Source of the DNA: a virus
Taxonomy: Duplodnaviria > Caudoviricetes
Virus record (IMG/VR): IMGVR_UViG_2508501067_000008
Span: 91 to 64,090 of that record
DNA: 64,000 nt
Reading direction: 5' to 3' (one strand)
Below, piece by piece: positions 1-8,721 of this stretch. The notes beneath the pieces are model-generated. The model was not told where the DNA came from. It made no database searches and saw nothing but the letters and a program-made list of their open reading frames with translations. The first letter of the stretch is position 1, and the number at the start of each line of letters is the position of its first letter. The position numbers were made by a program, and so were the translations under genes.

Positions 1-741
1 TTTGCCGAACAGACCGGTCTCGGCATCCATGTCCGCTTTCACGGCCGGGGCCGCTCCATCGTAGACAGCATCGACCGTCTTGACCACGGCTGCGAGCGTC
101 GAGGTACGTTTCTGCTCCCGAAGGGCAAGCCAGACGATTGCAACCACGATCAGCCCGACGAAAGCGTAGCAGGCATACCAGAACCATGGTTGCGAAATCA
201 GTTTCGAGAGTGAAAAGGCTGTGGCCGCGATACCGGCGTAGGACAGGGAAGATTTGGCGGCGTCGAGCCAGCCGACACCCCCGGTGCTGATCGCGGCTTT
301 CACCCGCAGCACCACCATGAGCAGAAACACGGCACCGATGAGGCGCAGGCCCATTGCCGTCCAGAACTGCACCTTGCGATCAATGGAGTTCTTCAAGTCG
401 TCGTATTTTTGCTGAAGGGTTTCGGCCTTCTTTGTCAGGGTATCGTTGCTCGACATCAGGCCGGCGACCAGTTCGACAACTTTTTCGGCGGGTGCCGCTG
501 CCACGGCCGCACGAATCGCGTCGGTCTGTTCACGAACAGCCGGCTGTTGCGGGGTGTTCTCGACGATGTGATCGATGTTGTTGGCAGCCCCGACCGTCGT
601 CTCATCCTTTTTCTTCTGGGGATCGAGGATAGAGGTAACTTCCTTGGTCGTGTACACCTTCGATGAAGCTCCACAACCGGCAAGGATGACGACCCAGATT
701 ACGGCCATGAAGGTAGTCCGGAATGCCATGAGCGTCTTCAC
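1..741 (-). CDS. Lipoprotein with C-terminal transmembrane helices, unimolecular-spanin-like (3' end outside window; absent from ORF track)
   Basis: Hand translation from GTG 741: MKTLMAFRTTFMAVIWVVILAGC (lipobox LAGC), helical periplasmic segment, then about 3 hydrophobic helices; open to base 1; GTGA overlap with upstream gene. Confidence 0.7.
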   Translation of the reverse strand, partial: MKTLMAFRTTFMAVIWVVILAGCGASSKVYTTKEVTSILDPQKKKDETTVGAANNIDHIVENTPQQPAVREQTDAIRAAVAAAPAEKVVELVAGLMSSNDTLTKKAETLQQKYDDLKNSIDRKVQFWTAMGLRLIGAVFLLMVVLRVKAAISTGGVGWLDAAKSSLSYAGIAATAFSLSKLISQPWFWYACYAFVGLIVVAIVWLALREQKRTSTLAAVVKTVDAVYDGAAPAVKADMDAETGLFGK

Positions 742-926
742 CGTTTGGCCCTCGCAAGATCGGTGAGAATGTCACGCAGTTCGGCGTTCTCGTCGGAGAG
801 ACGATCGTTTTCGGCACGAAGGGCGGCGGCATAAGCTGCGGTATCCACCGTCGAAGTACGACGGGAAGTCGGATTGGTGCATCCGGCGAGCGCAACAAGC
901 GCAAGGAGTGACAGAGTCGTTTTCAC
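738..926 (-). CDS. Small lipoprotein with coiled coil (o-spanin-like)
   Basis: MKTTLSLLALVALAGC lipobox; ALRAENDRLSDENAELRDIL heptads; distal end of late operon. Confidence 0.65.
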   Translation of the reverse strand: MKTTLSLLALVALAGCTNPTSRRTSTVDTAAYAAALRAENDRLSDENAELRDILTDLARAKR

Positions 927-950
927 GCGAATACGGCTCCGTCAACCGCA

Positions 951-1286
951 TCACGAAGCCCAAACCCGCAAAGGCGGCGTGGGCGTGACGAGGTAGTCAG
1001 CCGCGGCAGGCGGCGGGGTGTGCTCGCCCCAGGTGCGCAGGTTGAGGTGCCAGCCGGGGAGCGGGGCGTACACGGGTTGCTCGATGCCTTCGACGGTCTC
1101 GGTCTCGCCGGTGGAAGCGGAGAGCGGGCCGACCGGGTCGAGCGCGAAGTCGTCGCCGGCGGTCTGCCAGTGCGGCGTGTCGTCCTCGTCGGCGTAGAGG
1201 TAGGCCGCCAGCAGGTTGCGGGCGGTGGCCTCGTCGGGAAATCGATAGTAAAGGTCCATGTATTCGGGATGCGGATGCGTGCTCAT
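951..1286 (-). CDS. Tail-fibre-associated protein
   Basis: Follows fibre gene; ends GWHLNLR...YLVTPTPPLRVWAS, a C-terminus typical of fibre-associated proteins; start trimmed from ORF 951..1421. Confidence 0.6.
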   Translation of the reverse strand: MSTHPHPEYMDLYYRFPDEATARNLLAAYLYADEDDTPHWQTAGDDFALDPVGPLSASTGETETVEGIEQPVYAPLPGWHLNLRTWGEHTPPPAAADYLVTPTPPLRVWAS

Positions 1287-1321
1287 GGTGGTAGGCATGA
1301 GCCGACGCGGTTGTGTGTCGG

Positions 1322-2614
1322 CTAAGTGATAAGTTGGTTGAGTTGCTGCACGGTGAGTCTGCGTGGGTAGATCGCCACGCGCCTGAGATAACCAAACAGA
1401 TAATCTCCCGTGGCGCGGCAACCGAGGTACAATGCTCCGGTCATGGGGTCGGAGAACCCGACCCGGCTGCTGGCCTTGCCATCCAGGTACCCGATTGCGC
1501 CGCTACTGTCCCATGCCAAGGCTGAGCGGTGCGGTCCAAGACCTGTTGTCCCGGTCACACTGTTCTCGGACATCGGGTAACGACGCCAGCCGATCTGCGC
1601 CGCATTCGCACTAGCCGAGTATATGTACCCCCTGGAGGTATCGAAGATGCGGGGAAATCCGCTTTGACCGAGCCCGCCGCGCGCCCACTCGACATATATC
1701 GTGCCCGCATCCGTCACGTAATTTTCGATACCCGACAATATCGGTATATCCGCCGACCGCGTCGCGGCGCCCCCTCCGGGCGTGCGGATCAATGAGGAAG
1801 GGAAGGGTCCCACCTCCACCTGAACGTCGCTGATCACGAAAGCATCACCTTCGGCGTTTTGCGTCCCGTCGACATAAGCCTGAGCAGTGGAGGACGAGGC
1901 AATATAAAGGGTCAGCCCGGTGTAATCACCTGCAAGCGTATAGGTCAGCCAGATTTTCCGGAAACCGCTACCCGCCTCCGCGCTTCCGCCTGTTACACTT
2001 GGGACCGTAGTTCCCGCTCTTGAAAGCAGAAAGGTATCCGTATCCCAATCGTATCGGATATCCGCTCGACCCGTGCTGTAGTTGTGCTGTGCCCGGAATG
2101 CGATGTAGCGAGCATTCGTTTTTTTCACGACCGCCGACACAGTGTAAGTGGTACCTGCAGCAAATGTTCCCGCCACGGTTTTGGAAACAAAACCATATGC
2201 ATTCTCCGTAAACTTTGTCGCGAGACGAGCCGATCCAGGATCCCCAAACACATCGTCCACCGTCACCCAACTCATTGCCGCTGCGGTCAGGGTCGTCATT
2301 ATGTTGGAGCCGGCGGCCAAGTTCGTCCGCGCACCCCCCACCCGCAGCCCCCGGCAAAGTCTGCTGATCGGATCGAAGTCAAACGCCGGCACATCCGGGG
2401 CGAGCGTCTCCAGCAGGCCAGCGCCGTTGATGCGCGTCGCGGCGCTGGCGCGGGTAAACGTGATCGGGCCGCCGATACCGCCGAGGTGCGCTCCGTAGTT
2501 GAGCGCCGGGTACCGGGTCCAGTCGCGGTAGAACGTGCAGCCGTGGAGGCGGTCGGGGCCTCTCCTGAACGACGCGGCGGCGGCTTTGACGAGTTGCTGG
2601 CGGTAGCTGCTCAT
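1322..2614 (-). CDS. Fibre/spike protein (receptor-binding candidate)
   Basis: Start ATG 2614 (ATGA overlap); N-terminal ITFTRASAATRINGAGLLE...GARTNL motif of phage fibre/spike proteins followed by beta-rich carbohydrate-binding-like domains. Confidence 0.7.
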   Translation of the reverse strand: MSSYRQQLVKAAAASFRRGPDRLHGCTFYRDWTRYPALNYGAHLGGIGGPITFTRASAATRINGAGLLETLAPDVPAFDFDPISRLCRGLRVGGARTNLAAGSNIMTTLTAAAMSWVTVDDVFGDPGSARLATKFTENAYGFVSKTVAGTFAAGTTYTVSAVVKKTNARYIAFRAQHNYSTGRADIRYDWDTDTFLLSRAGTTVPSVTGGSAEAGSGFRKIWLTYTLAGDYTGLTLYIASSSTAQAYVDGTQNAEGDAFVISDVQVEVGPFPSSLIRTPGGGAATRSADIPILSGIENYVTDAGTIYVEWARGGLGQSGFPRIFDTSRGYIYSASANAAQIGWRRYPMSENSVTGTTGLGPHRSALAWDSSGAIGYLDGKASSRVGFSDPMTGALYLGCRATGDYLFGYLRRVAIYPRRLTVQQLNQLIT

Positions 2615-3816
2615 TCGAGGTCTCCGAAAACCGTCCACGTATCCTCGCCGGTGCGCAGGAGGATGATGACGCTGTACTGCGTGCGGGTCTTGAGCGTGGT
2701 GCTGCTGGTGACAGTCACGCCGGTGTCGCCGTGGACTTCGACCTGCCCGGCGCCGGCCTGCTGGATCAGGATTTGGCTGTTGGCATCCCAAGCCGCGCTA
2801 GCCTGCGCGGGCACCTCGATTGCGACGGGGTCGGCAGCAGTGCAGCGCAACAGCTTGCCGTTGTGGGCGAGATCGAGCGCGAAGGCATCGCTGTCCTCGT
2901 CCTCCACGAGGATTTGCCCGGCGGACGCCTGCGCAAGCGTTGCGGCGGCTTCGGCAGCGGTCTCGCTGTCAGCGGCATCGGCGGCGCTCTGGATGGCCGC
3001 GTTGGCAGCATTCGTGGCAGCGGTTGCCGCCGTTTCCGCATCGGCCTTGGCGCTGTCAGCCGCCGTCGCCGAACCCGCCGCTGCCGTGGCGCTGTTGCCC
3101 GCGTTCGTCTCCGACGTGGCCGCGTTGGTCGCACTGGTTTCGGCGGCAGCCTGTGCGGCCTCGGCATCCGTCTTCGCCGCTCCGGCCGCCGTCGCGGAAC
3201 CCGCCGCTGCCGTAGCAGCAGTCTCGGCAGTCTCTTTTGCCGTCACAGCTTCATCGCGTGCCGCTTCCGCTGCTTCCTGCGCCGCTTCGGCATCCGCTGC
3301 CGCAGCTTCCGCCCGCAGTGCGGCAGCGGTTGCGGCACCGCTCTCGGCGTCCTCCGGCGCGCTCTCGTCGCCACGATAGAGATCGTTCCGGACGGTGACG
3401 TTGATCGGCAACGAGGACGTCTCCTTGTCGTCCCGGCTGAAACCGATCTCACCTGTCACCGTTACGCTGGCCTTGTCGTCGGTATCGTCCGGCGGGTTGT
3501 AGCCGATAACCTCGTTGAGCTGGTTTGTGTTCAGGTTCGGGTAACCGATCCAGACCCAGACAGGATCATCCTCGGTTCCCTCGTTGGTCTTCGTGAACTC
3601 CTCGCAGAGCACGAGGTACTCGCCATCGAACTTGTTCCGTTCCTTGAGGCAGAACCAGACAAGTGCGGGCTCGGGATCGATGACGGTACCACTGCGGATG
3701 AACTGGATTTCCAGCGTGGGCGAATCCCCGCGGGTGAGGGTCAGCGAATTCACGATCTGCCGGTACCCCGGGCCGGAGATCAACTGGCGAAGGTCGGTGT
3801 CAAAATAGAGGCGCAC
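2611..3816 (-). CDS. Tail fibre / baseplate-upper-like protein
   Basis: BppU-like N-terminus, long Ala/Thr/Glu-rich repeat stalk, conserved-looking C-terminal domain (QAGAGQV...KTRTQYS...WTVFGDLE). Confidence 0.72.
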   Translation of the reverse strand: MRLYFDTDLRQLISGPGYRQIVNSLTLTRGDSPTLEIQFIRSGTVIDPEPALVWFCLKERNKFDGEYLVLCEEFTKTNEGTEDDPVWVWIGYPNLNTNQLNEVIGYNPPDDTDDKASVTVTGEIGFSRDDKETSSLPINVTVRNDLYRGDESAPEDAESGAATAAALRAEAAAADAEAAQEAAEAARDEAVTAKETAETAATAAAGSATAAGAAKTDAEAAQAAAETSATNAATSETNAGNSATAAAGSATAADSAKADAETAATAATNAANAAIQSAADAADSETAAEAAATLAQASAGQILVEDEDSDAFALDLAHNGKLLRCTAADPVAIEVPAQASAAWDANSQILIQQAGAGQVEVHGDTGVTVTSSTTLKTRTQYSVIILLRTGEDTWTVFGDLE

Positions 3817-3841
3817 GCGAGGGGGCGTGCGTCAACCGCAC

Positions 3842-4150
3842 TCACACCACCTGCTCCGGCCCGTCACCCGGCAGCGCGCCGCCGCCGTTGAGGCCGCGTT
3901 GCGCGGCCCGGCAACCGCCGCAGTGCTCGATGTCGGTGCCGAGGCGGGCGTCCAGCCAGCGGGCTAGCGGCTTTGCTTGCTCAGCCACTATGTCGCCGAG
4001 TTTTGGCGTTGTTTCCTTCGTGGTGCCTTCCTCTGGTGTGGATGTTGTATTTTCCGCAGGCGCAGGCAGTGGGAGAGGGGGCCACGGACGACCCGCTTTG
4101 CGTTCCCTGGCCTCACACTCCCGAATCAGTCTATCCATCAGCGCACTCAT
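3842..4150 (-). CDS. Small tail-region protein with CGGC motif
   Basis: LGDIVA...PLARWLDARLGTDIEHCGGCR; ATGA-coupled to upstream gene. Confidence 0.6.
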   Translation of the reverse strand: MSALMDRLIRECEARERKAGRPWPPLPLPAPAENTTSTPEEGTTKETTPKLGDIVAEQAKPLARWLDARLGTDIEHCGGCRAAQRGLNGGGALPGDGPEQVV

Positions 4151-6132
4151 TCCTCGCCCTCCTCTTCTGTCATACTAACACCCATAATATCCAGATACAC
4201 GTGAGTCCCCGGTTCCGATGCTATCAGGTCAATAGGCTCCGCTGGAAATAAATTCAGTCCTTCCCTCACGGTAAGCGGCACCTCTATGCGTTCCCGTTTG
4301 ATTTCAAAATCCCGATACGCCGTGGAGTGAGAATTTATGGAACCCATAAAACCCAATTGCACCCCTGGATTCACGGAAACATTGGGGCCGTTTGATATTT
4401 CATTCAATGTAGGACTAGCGGTAATCGCGTCGTTCCCATCGGCGTCGGTGTTGTTGTTCACCACATATGTCCACAGATTCCGGCCTTGATTGTTCACAAC
4501 AACGGGTGTCCCGCAAACTTCATATTCCAGGGACAGGACTTTATAGGCGCTATTATTTTCCCCGTACACAGCTTCCAGCACACGCTCCATGGCGTACTCA
4601 TGAAACGAGGAACCACAGGCCGCCATCCAGCGCACGTTATCTTCAGTGTCCGGATGTCCGCTCACCTCTCGGTACTCTATCTCCGTTCTGCGCTTGCGCT
4701 TAAAATAACGGACATTCTCCCCGCTGGGCAGTCCCCGCCAATTTAACTGCCTGAACCCCCTCCATGTTCCATTCATACGTGTCTTTGTTTGAAAACACCA
4801 GTCTGATAGAGGAACCTCTTGCCCTTCTTCGTTCAAATAAAACACCAAGTCCACGCGAACCGTGTAGGTGAGACCGTTTATTACATTCCCGGCGTAATCA
4901 CGTTCAGCATCAAACTCCATGACAGGACTGGCATGGATGCCGTCAGAGGCACGTGCGGAGTCTGCTACTTTGGTTTCACTGAATTGCCCATTGGAACCGT
5001 AAATAGTGTAACGCACCTTGAAAGCTCCATCAGGGCGATGGACCCGCGCCCTTCCAAACGTTCTGGAATAAGCCAACACATGCGTATAATACGAACCAGA
5101 CTTCTGCGTGATACTCCAGCCCATACGTGACCATGCTTCTTCTGACTTCAAATCCACCAGACCGTAGTCGTCCTCCAATCCCTCACATTCATCGAACAAC
5201 TCTACTTTGGTATATGCGTATTCGGTGCTGGTTCCTTGTATCCTCACGGAGCCGTAGTTATTAAACTGTTTTTGCAATCGCGTGGTAACTATGTCGGCTA
5301 CCAGGATAGCTTTTTCCGTGTTTGCGTCCCCCACGTAACACCCACCTCTCCCCAGATAAAGATAGGGCCGAACCGACGCTACGACTACCTGCCATACAGG
5401 ACCTTCCTTATAGTACGCCTCGGTATAATTCGTTAAAATGGAATTGTTGGATTTCTGCCATTCCAGGTACTCCGTAACTTTGGCAAATCCAACTTCTGCC
5501 GTGAACTCATCTGTAAGGGTGTTGGTAATCCCGCCCTCCTCACTGTTTTCAAAGCTGCACCCCGGTATATGACTCCCGCCATCGTCGCGCTGGTACAACC
5601 ATTGCCTGTAAACGAGCAAAGAATCCGCACCAGTAGTAAAATAGTACCCGTTGAGCCCATTACAGCTATCACACACCAGCGCCAAACTGAAAAACCCTCC
5701 ATTGTAAAAATGCCACATGAACCAAATACCACGCTCGGAGTTTGTTCCTGTTTCTGAATTACTGTAACTGGAATCTCCGGAATGGGCATTCACATTGACA
5801 GTTCCGCGGACTGCACCCTCTACAATGGCCCTGATTCCGGACGGTTGAAATTCCCAACCCGCAGTTTTGGTTCCACTGCCGGTAATTACGGCAGTTCTGG
5901 AACTATTCTCCGAAGAATAGTAAGCAGAATTGGAACCTCGCATGGTACACGTCATATAATGACGCGGATTCCAGGAATGTGCGGATTCTAACGCAGCATT
6001 GTGGCGCAATTCCCCCCCATAACGACCCTGTAAAATTATGTTTGCATAAGGAATGCAAAGCGCCTTGTTGCTTATGGGAACAAATCCCACGTTCCCCCAA
6101 GGCTTTATCTCGGTGTATGTTTTAGTAGCCAT
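4147..6132 (-). CDS. Large low-GC tail-region protein, function unknown
   Basis: 661-aa uninterrupted ORF coupled to neighbours; visibly lower GC than flanks; beta-rich, Tyr/Gly/Ser/Asn-rich. Confidence 0.75.
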   Translation of the reverse strand: MATKTYTEIKPWGNVGFVPISNKALCIPYANIILQGRYGGELRHNAALESAHSWNPRHYMTCTMRGSNSAYYSSENSSRTAVITGSGTKTAGWEFQPSGIRAIVEGAVRGTVNVNAHSGDSSYSNSETGTNSERGIWFMWHFYNGGFFSLALVCDSCNGLNGYYFTTGADSLLVYRQWLYQRDDGGSHIPGCSFENSEEGGITNTLTDEFTAEVGFAKVTEYLEWQKSNNSILTNYTEAYYKEGPVWQVVVASVRPYLYLGRGGCYVGDANTEKAILVADIVTTRLQKQFNNYGSVRIQGTSTEYAYTKVELFDECEGLEDDYGLVDLKSEEAWSRMGWSITQKSGSYYTHVLAYSRTFGRARVHRPDGAFKVRYTIYGSNGQFSETKVADSARASDGIHASPVMEFDAERDYAGNVINGLTYTVRVDLVFYLNEEGQEVPLSDWCFQTKTRMNGTWRGFRQLNWRGLPSGENVRYFKRKRRTEIEYREVSGHPDTEDNVRWMAACGSSFHEYAMERVLEAVYGENNSAYKVLSLEYEVCGTPVVVNNQGRNLWTYVVNNNTDADGNDAITASPTLNEISNGPNVSVNPGVQLGFMGSINSHSTAYRDFEIKRERIEVPLTVREGLNLFPAEPIDLIASEPGTHVYLDIMGVSMTEEEGEE

Positions 6133-6133
6133 G

Positions 6134-6886
6134 TCAGTTCCCGTTTACGCGCTTCCATTCATACCCGTAAACAGTTCTCATTCCCCCTGTCGTTGAAGGG
6201 GTTGACGCCACACAATTATAACCGGATGCGTAGGTGGTGATCTGGAAATTGCCGCCGATGGTATCCTGGGCAATAGTGATGACGGCGGTCTGGTTCGGCG
6301 CTTCGCCGGAGAGTGTCACCTGCATGGTACCGAGGAGGTAGTGCACAAACTTCGGCGGTACCTCCTCTGTCGTCTCTCCACCATCACCGTTGCCATCCTC
6401 GGGGAACGTATCCCCGGAGCCGATGGTGACAGCGAGAACGCGGAAATTCGAGGCACCGAGTTGGTTGGTCGTGGCCTTGATCCACACCTTTTTACCCTGT
6501 TCCGCCAGCGTGTAGAGGCCCATGTTGTCAGGCACGATATTGTTCACGTGCCCCCAGGTCACCCACACCGGCGGCGTCGTGGCTGGGATACCTTCGGGCG
6601 GATCGGCGTAACCGGCAGGTTTGGTCAAGGTGAGCGTCAGGGGGGCGGCCGGGGCTGCTACGGTCGTCCCTCCCTTGCTCGGCAGAGTCGTCGCCGTGAG
6701 GATGACCTCGGACCCGGAGTTATGGGTGCGGATGCCGCGACCCGCGACGATGTTGTCGCCCCGCGCAAGCGCCCGAATCGCGTCCTGGATGCCGTTGATC
6801 CGCGTGGCCGTCAGAGCGTCCTCAAGGTTTTCCCCCGGGGTGACGTTGGCCCCCATGGCGCTGATTGCCTGATCGAGTCTCGCCAT
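6134..6886 (-). CDS. Minor tail protein
   Basis: 250 aa, phage-like codon usage, position between tape measure and fibres. Confidence 0.65.
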   Translation of the reverse strand: MARLDQAISAMGANVTPGENLEDALTATRINGIQDAIRALARGDNIVAGRGIRTHNSGSEVILTATTLPSKGGTTVAAPAAPLTLTLTKPAGYADPPEGIPATTPPVWVTWGHVNNIVPDNMGLYTLAEQGKKVWIKATTNQLGASNFRVLAVTIGSGDTFPEDGNGDGGETTEEVPPKFVHYLLGTMQVTLSGEAPNQTAVITIAQDTIGGNFQITTYASGYNCVASTPSTTGGMRTVYGYEWKRVNGN

Positions 6887-6887
6887 G

Positions 6888-7634
6888 TCAGGGTCTGTAA
6901 AGCACTTCGTTCCACCCGCGACGGCCGGAGAGTTTCCACTCCTGGCGGCAGGTATAGGTCTTGCCCTTCTGGTCCCATGTCAGGGACATGTAGAGCCAGT
7001 TACGGCCGGATGGCGTCGGCGGACCGCCGGGCGGACTGTCGATGCAGCCGATCCGGTTGAACTCGTTGAGGCTGGGTTTGTGTTTGGTGACCCATGTCTT
7101 GCGCCAGATGGCGCCGGGGGTCAGGTAGTCGCGGACGCCGATCCAGATTTCGTTCGTGGCCGGGTGCGAGGCCAGCCAGGTGTCCCATTTGGCCGGGGTG
7201 TCGAGGGTCTTGTATTCGGCCTCGGTCGGTTTCGGTCGGCGGGTGAAACCACGGAAGCTGTTGTCGGTTTCGTCGAACTCGGCGCCGTTCGTGCTTCTGC
7301 CAAAAGTCTTGAAATCGGGGTGCGTCTCGACCGGCTCCTGCGAGGCGCTCATGTCGAGCTGGTACAGGGGGTCGGGACTTCCATCGACCCCGTAGAACGA
7401 TCCCAGAATCAGCCAATACGCACCCTGATGGCGAATCGTTCGACGGTCCAGATTCAGGAATGACCAGCGAGGGTGCTGCGCAAAAATGTCAATCTGGTTT
7501 TCCGGACGATTGCCGTAGTACCACCACTCGGCGGTTGCAGAGGAGAGTCCATAGCGATCGGTTTGCAGGTCGCCGATGTTTTGCAGAATCAGCCGCTCCT
7601 GTCCCGGGTTGGGTTGAATGACGTGCTCGGGCAT
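6888..7634 (-). CDS. Distal tail / hub-like protein
   Basis: First minus-strand gene after tape measure; aromatic-rich 248 aa; preceded by GGTTGAC motif. Confidence 0.65.
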   Translation of the reverse strand: MPEHVIQPNPGQERLILQNIGDLQTDRYGLSSATAEWWYYGNRPENQIDIFAQHPRWSFLNLDRRTIRHQGAYWLILGSFYGVDGSPDPLYQLDMSASQEPVETHPDFKTFGRSTNGAEFDETDNSFRGFTRRPKPTEAEYKTLDTPAKWDTWLASHPATNEIWIGVRDYLTPGAIWRKTWVTKHKPSLNEFNRIGCIDSPPGGPPTPSGRNWLYMSLTWDQKGKTYTCRQEWKLSGRRGWNEVLYRP

Positions 7635-7721
7635 ACGGGGTGGAGCAGAAAGTCAACCGAGTTGACTTCTCCCGATGTCGGGAAGATGTGAACTTTTTGG
7701 GTTGAACGGTATGAATGGGGG

Positions 7722-8246
7722 ATGGCTAATGAAGGCGGAAACATGGCCCGCAGCAGAAAATCAACCCGTTCTTCCCCTTTGGATGAAAGATATGTAGCTT
7801 TATGGGGATTCAAGTTGCGTATCGGGCATCTGATTGAGGAAGGCGTGGCGCCAAAAGAAGCTTTGCGAGAGTCCATCCGCATTCGAGCTGAACTGCGGTG
7901 TCTGGAATTGCCTACGGGGGACGGATACGGGAGGGAGTGTAAGCGAAAACTACTGCTCTATCTGGCTGCTTGCGTGAAATGCAATACTGTACGATGGGAA
8001 CACGCTATGTTCATGAATCTTAACCAGCCCGATATTGATCTAGCCCTAACTGGTGGCGGCCCTATGGAATGGATTGCGGGCTTGCTCGGGATTTCCGGCC
8101 CCGAGACACGGCGGGAGCACGGAAGAACACTGTCGCAGGCCGCCTCGCAGGACCGAAAAAAGTCACAAGCCGAGGAGAAAGCTCACAGCTTGGCCCGCGA
8201 ACTCGACGTAATGTTCGAGTTGATGCCCGTCGACAGTCTTGAGTAA
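7722..8246 (+). CDS. Moron gene 1, hypothetical
   Basis: 174 aa, opposite orientation inside the tail operon, lower GC. Confidence 0.55.
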   Translation: MANEGGNMARSRKSTRSSPLDERYVALWGFKLRIGHLIEEGVAPKEALRESIRIRAELRCLELPTGDGYGRECKRKLLLYLAACVKCNTVRWEHAMFMNLNQPDIDLALTGGGPMEWIAGLLGISGPETRREHGRTLSQAASQDRKKSQAEEKAHSLARELDVMFELMPVDSLE

Positions 8247-8266
8247 ACTGACACACTTCAGAGCCG

Positions 8267-8719
8267 ATGTCTCCTTCAGCAAAAACCTCGACAACGACAA
8301 GCATCCTGATCCGGATTGCCGTCTTCCTGCTCATTCTGGCAGGAGTCGTGGCATGGTTCAGACCGCGGGAGTCACACTTGAAGTGGGAGTTTTTAGCGGA
8401 CCACTATTCGTCTCGTGCGCTTACTGCATTGGAGTGGGCGCATATGCGACCGGGGCCGTTCGGTGACCAAGCCGAGTACGATGCCCGCCGTGCCCAAGTC
8501 CTCTTCCGCCCAGAGGCAGAAGATCTCCACCAAGCAGCGGAAGAGTGGATGGTATGGGCATCCAAGGACGATGCCCGCCGTCACGCATATGAGAAGCTCC
8601 TTCGACTGCGGGACATAGGCGATTCGTGGGTACGGGCGGATTCGATCCCGGATTCTGAGTATTACTCTCTCAGAAGTGAGGTCTCTGAAATCAAGATGGA
8701 CCTGCTAGGTTCGTACTAA
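8267..8719 (+). CDS. Moron gene 2, single-pass membrane protein
   Basis: N-terminal TM helix ILIRIAVFLLILAGVVAWF; stop abuts tape-measure stop (convergent). Confidence 0.62.
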   Translation: MSPSAKTSTTTSILIRIAVFLLILAGVVAWFRPRESHLKWEFLADHYSSRALTALEWAHMRPGPFGDQAEYDARRAQVLFRPEAEDLHQAAEEWMVWASKDDARRHAYEKLLRLRDIGDSWVRADSIPDSEYYSLRSEVSEIKMDLLGSY

Positions 8720-8721
8720 CC

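Noticed and set aside
1322-6132. Diversity-generating retroelement acting on fibre genes
   Set aside because: No reverse transcriptase and no template/variable repeat pair noticed
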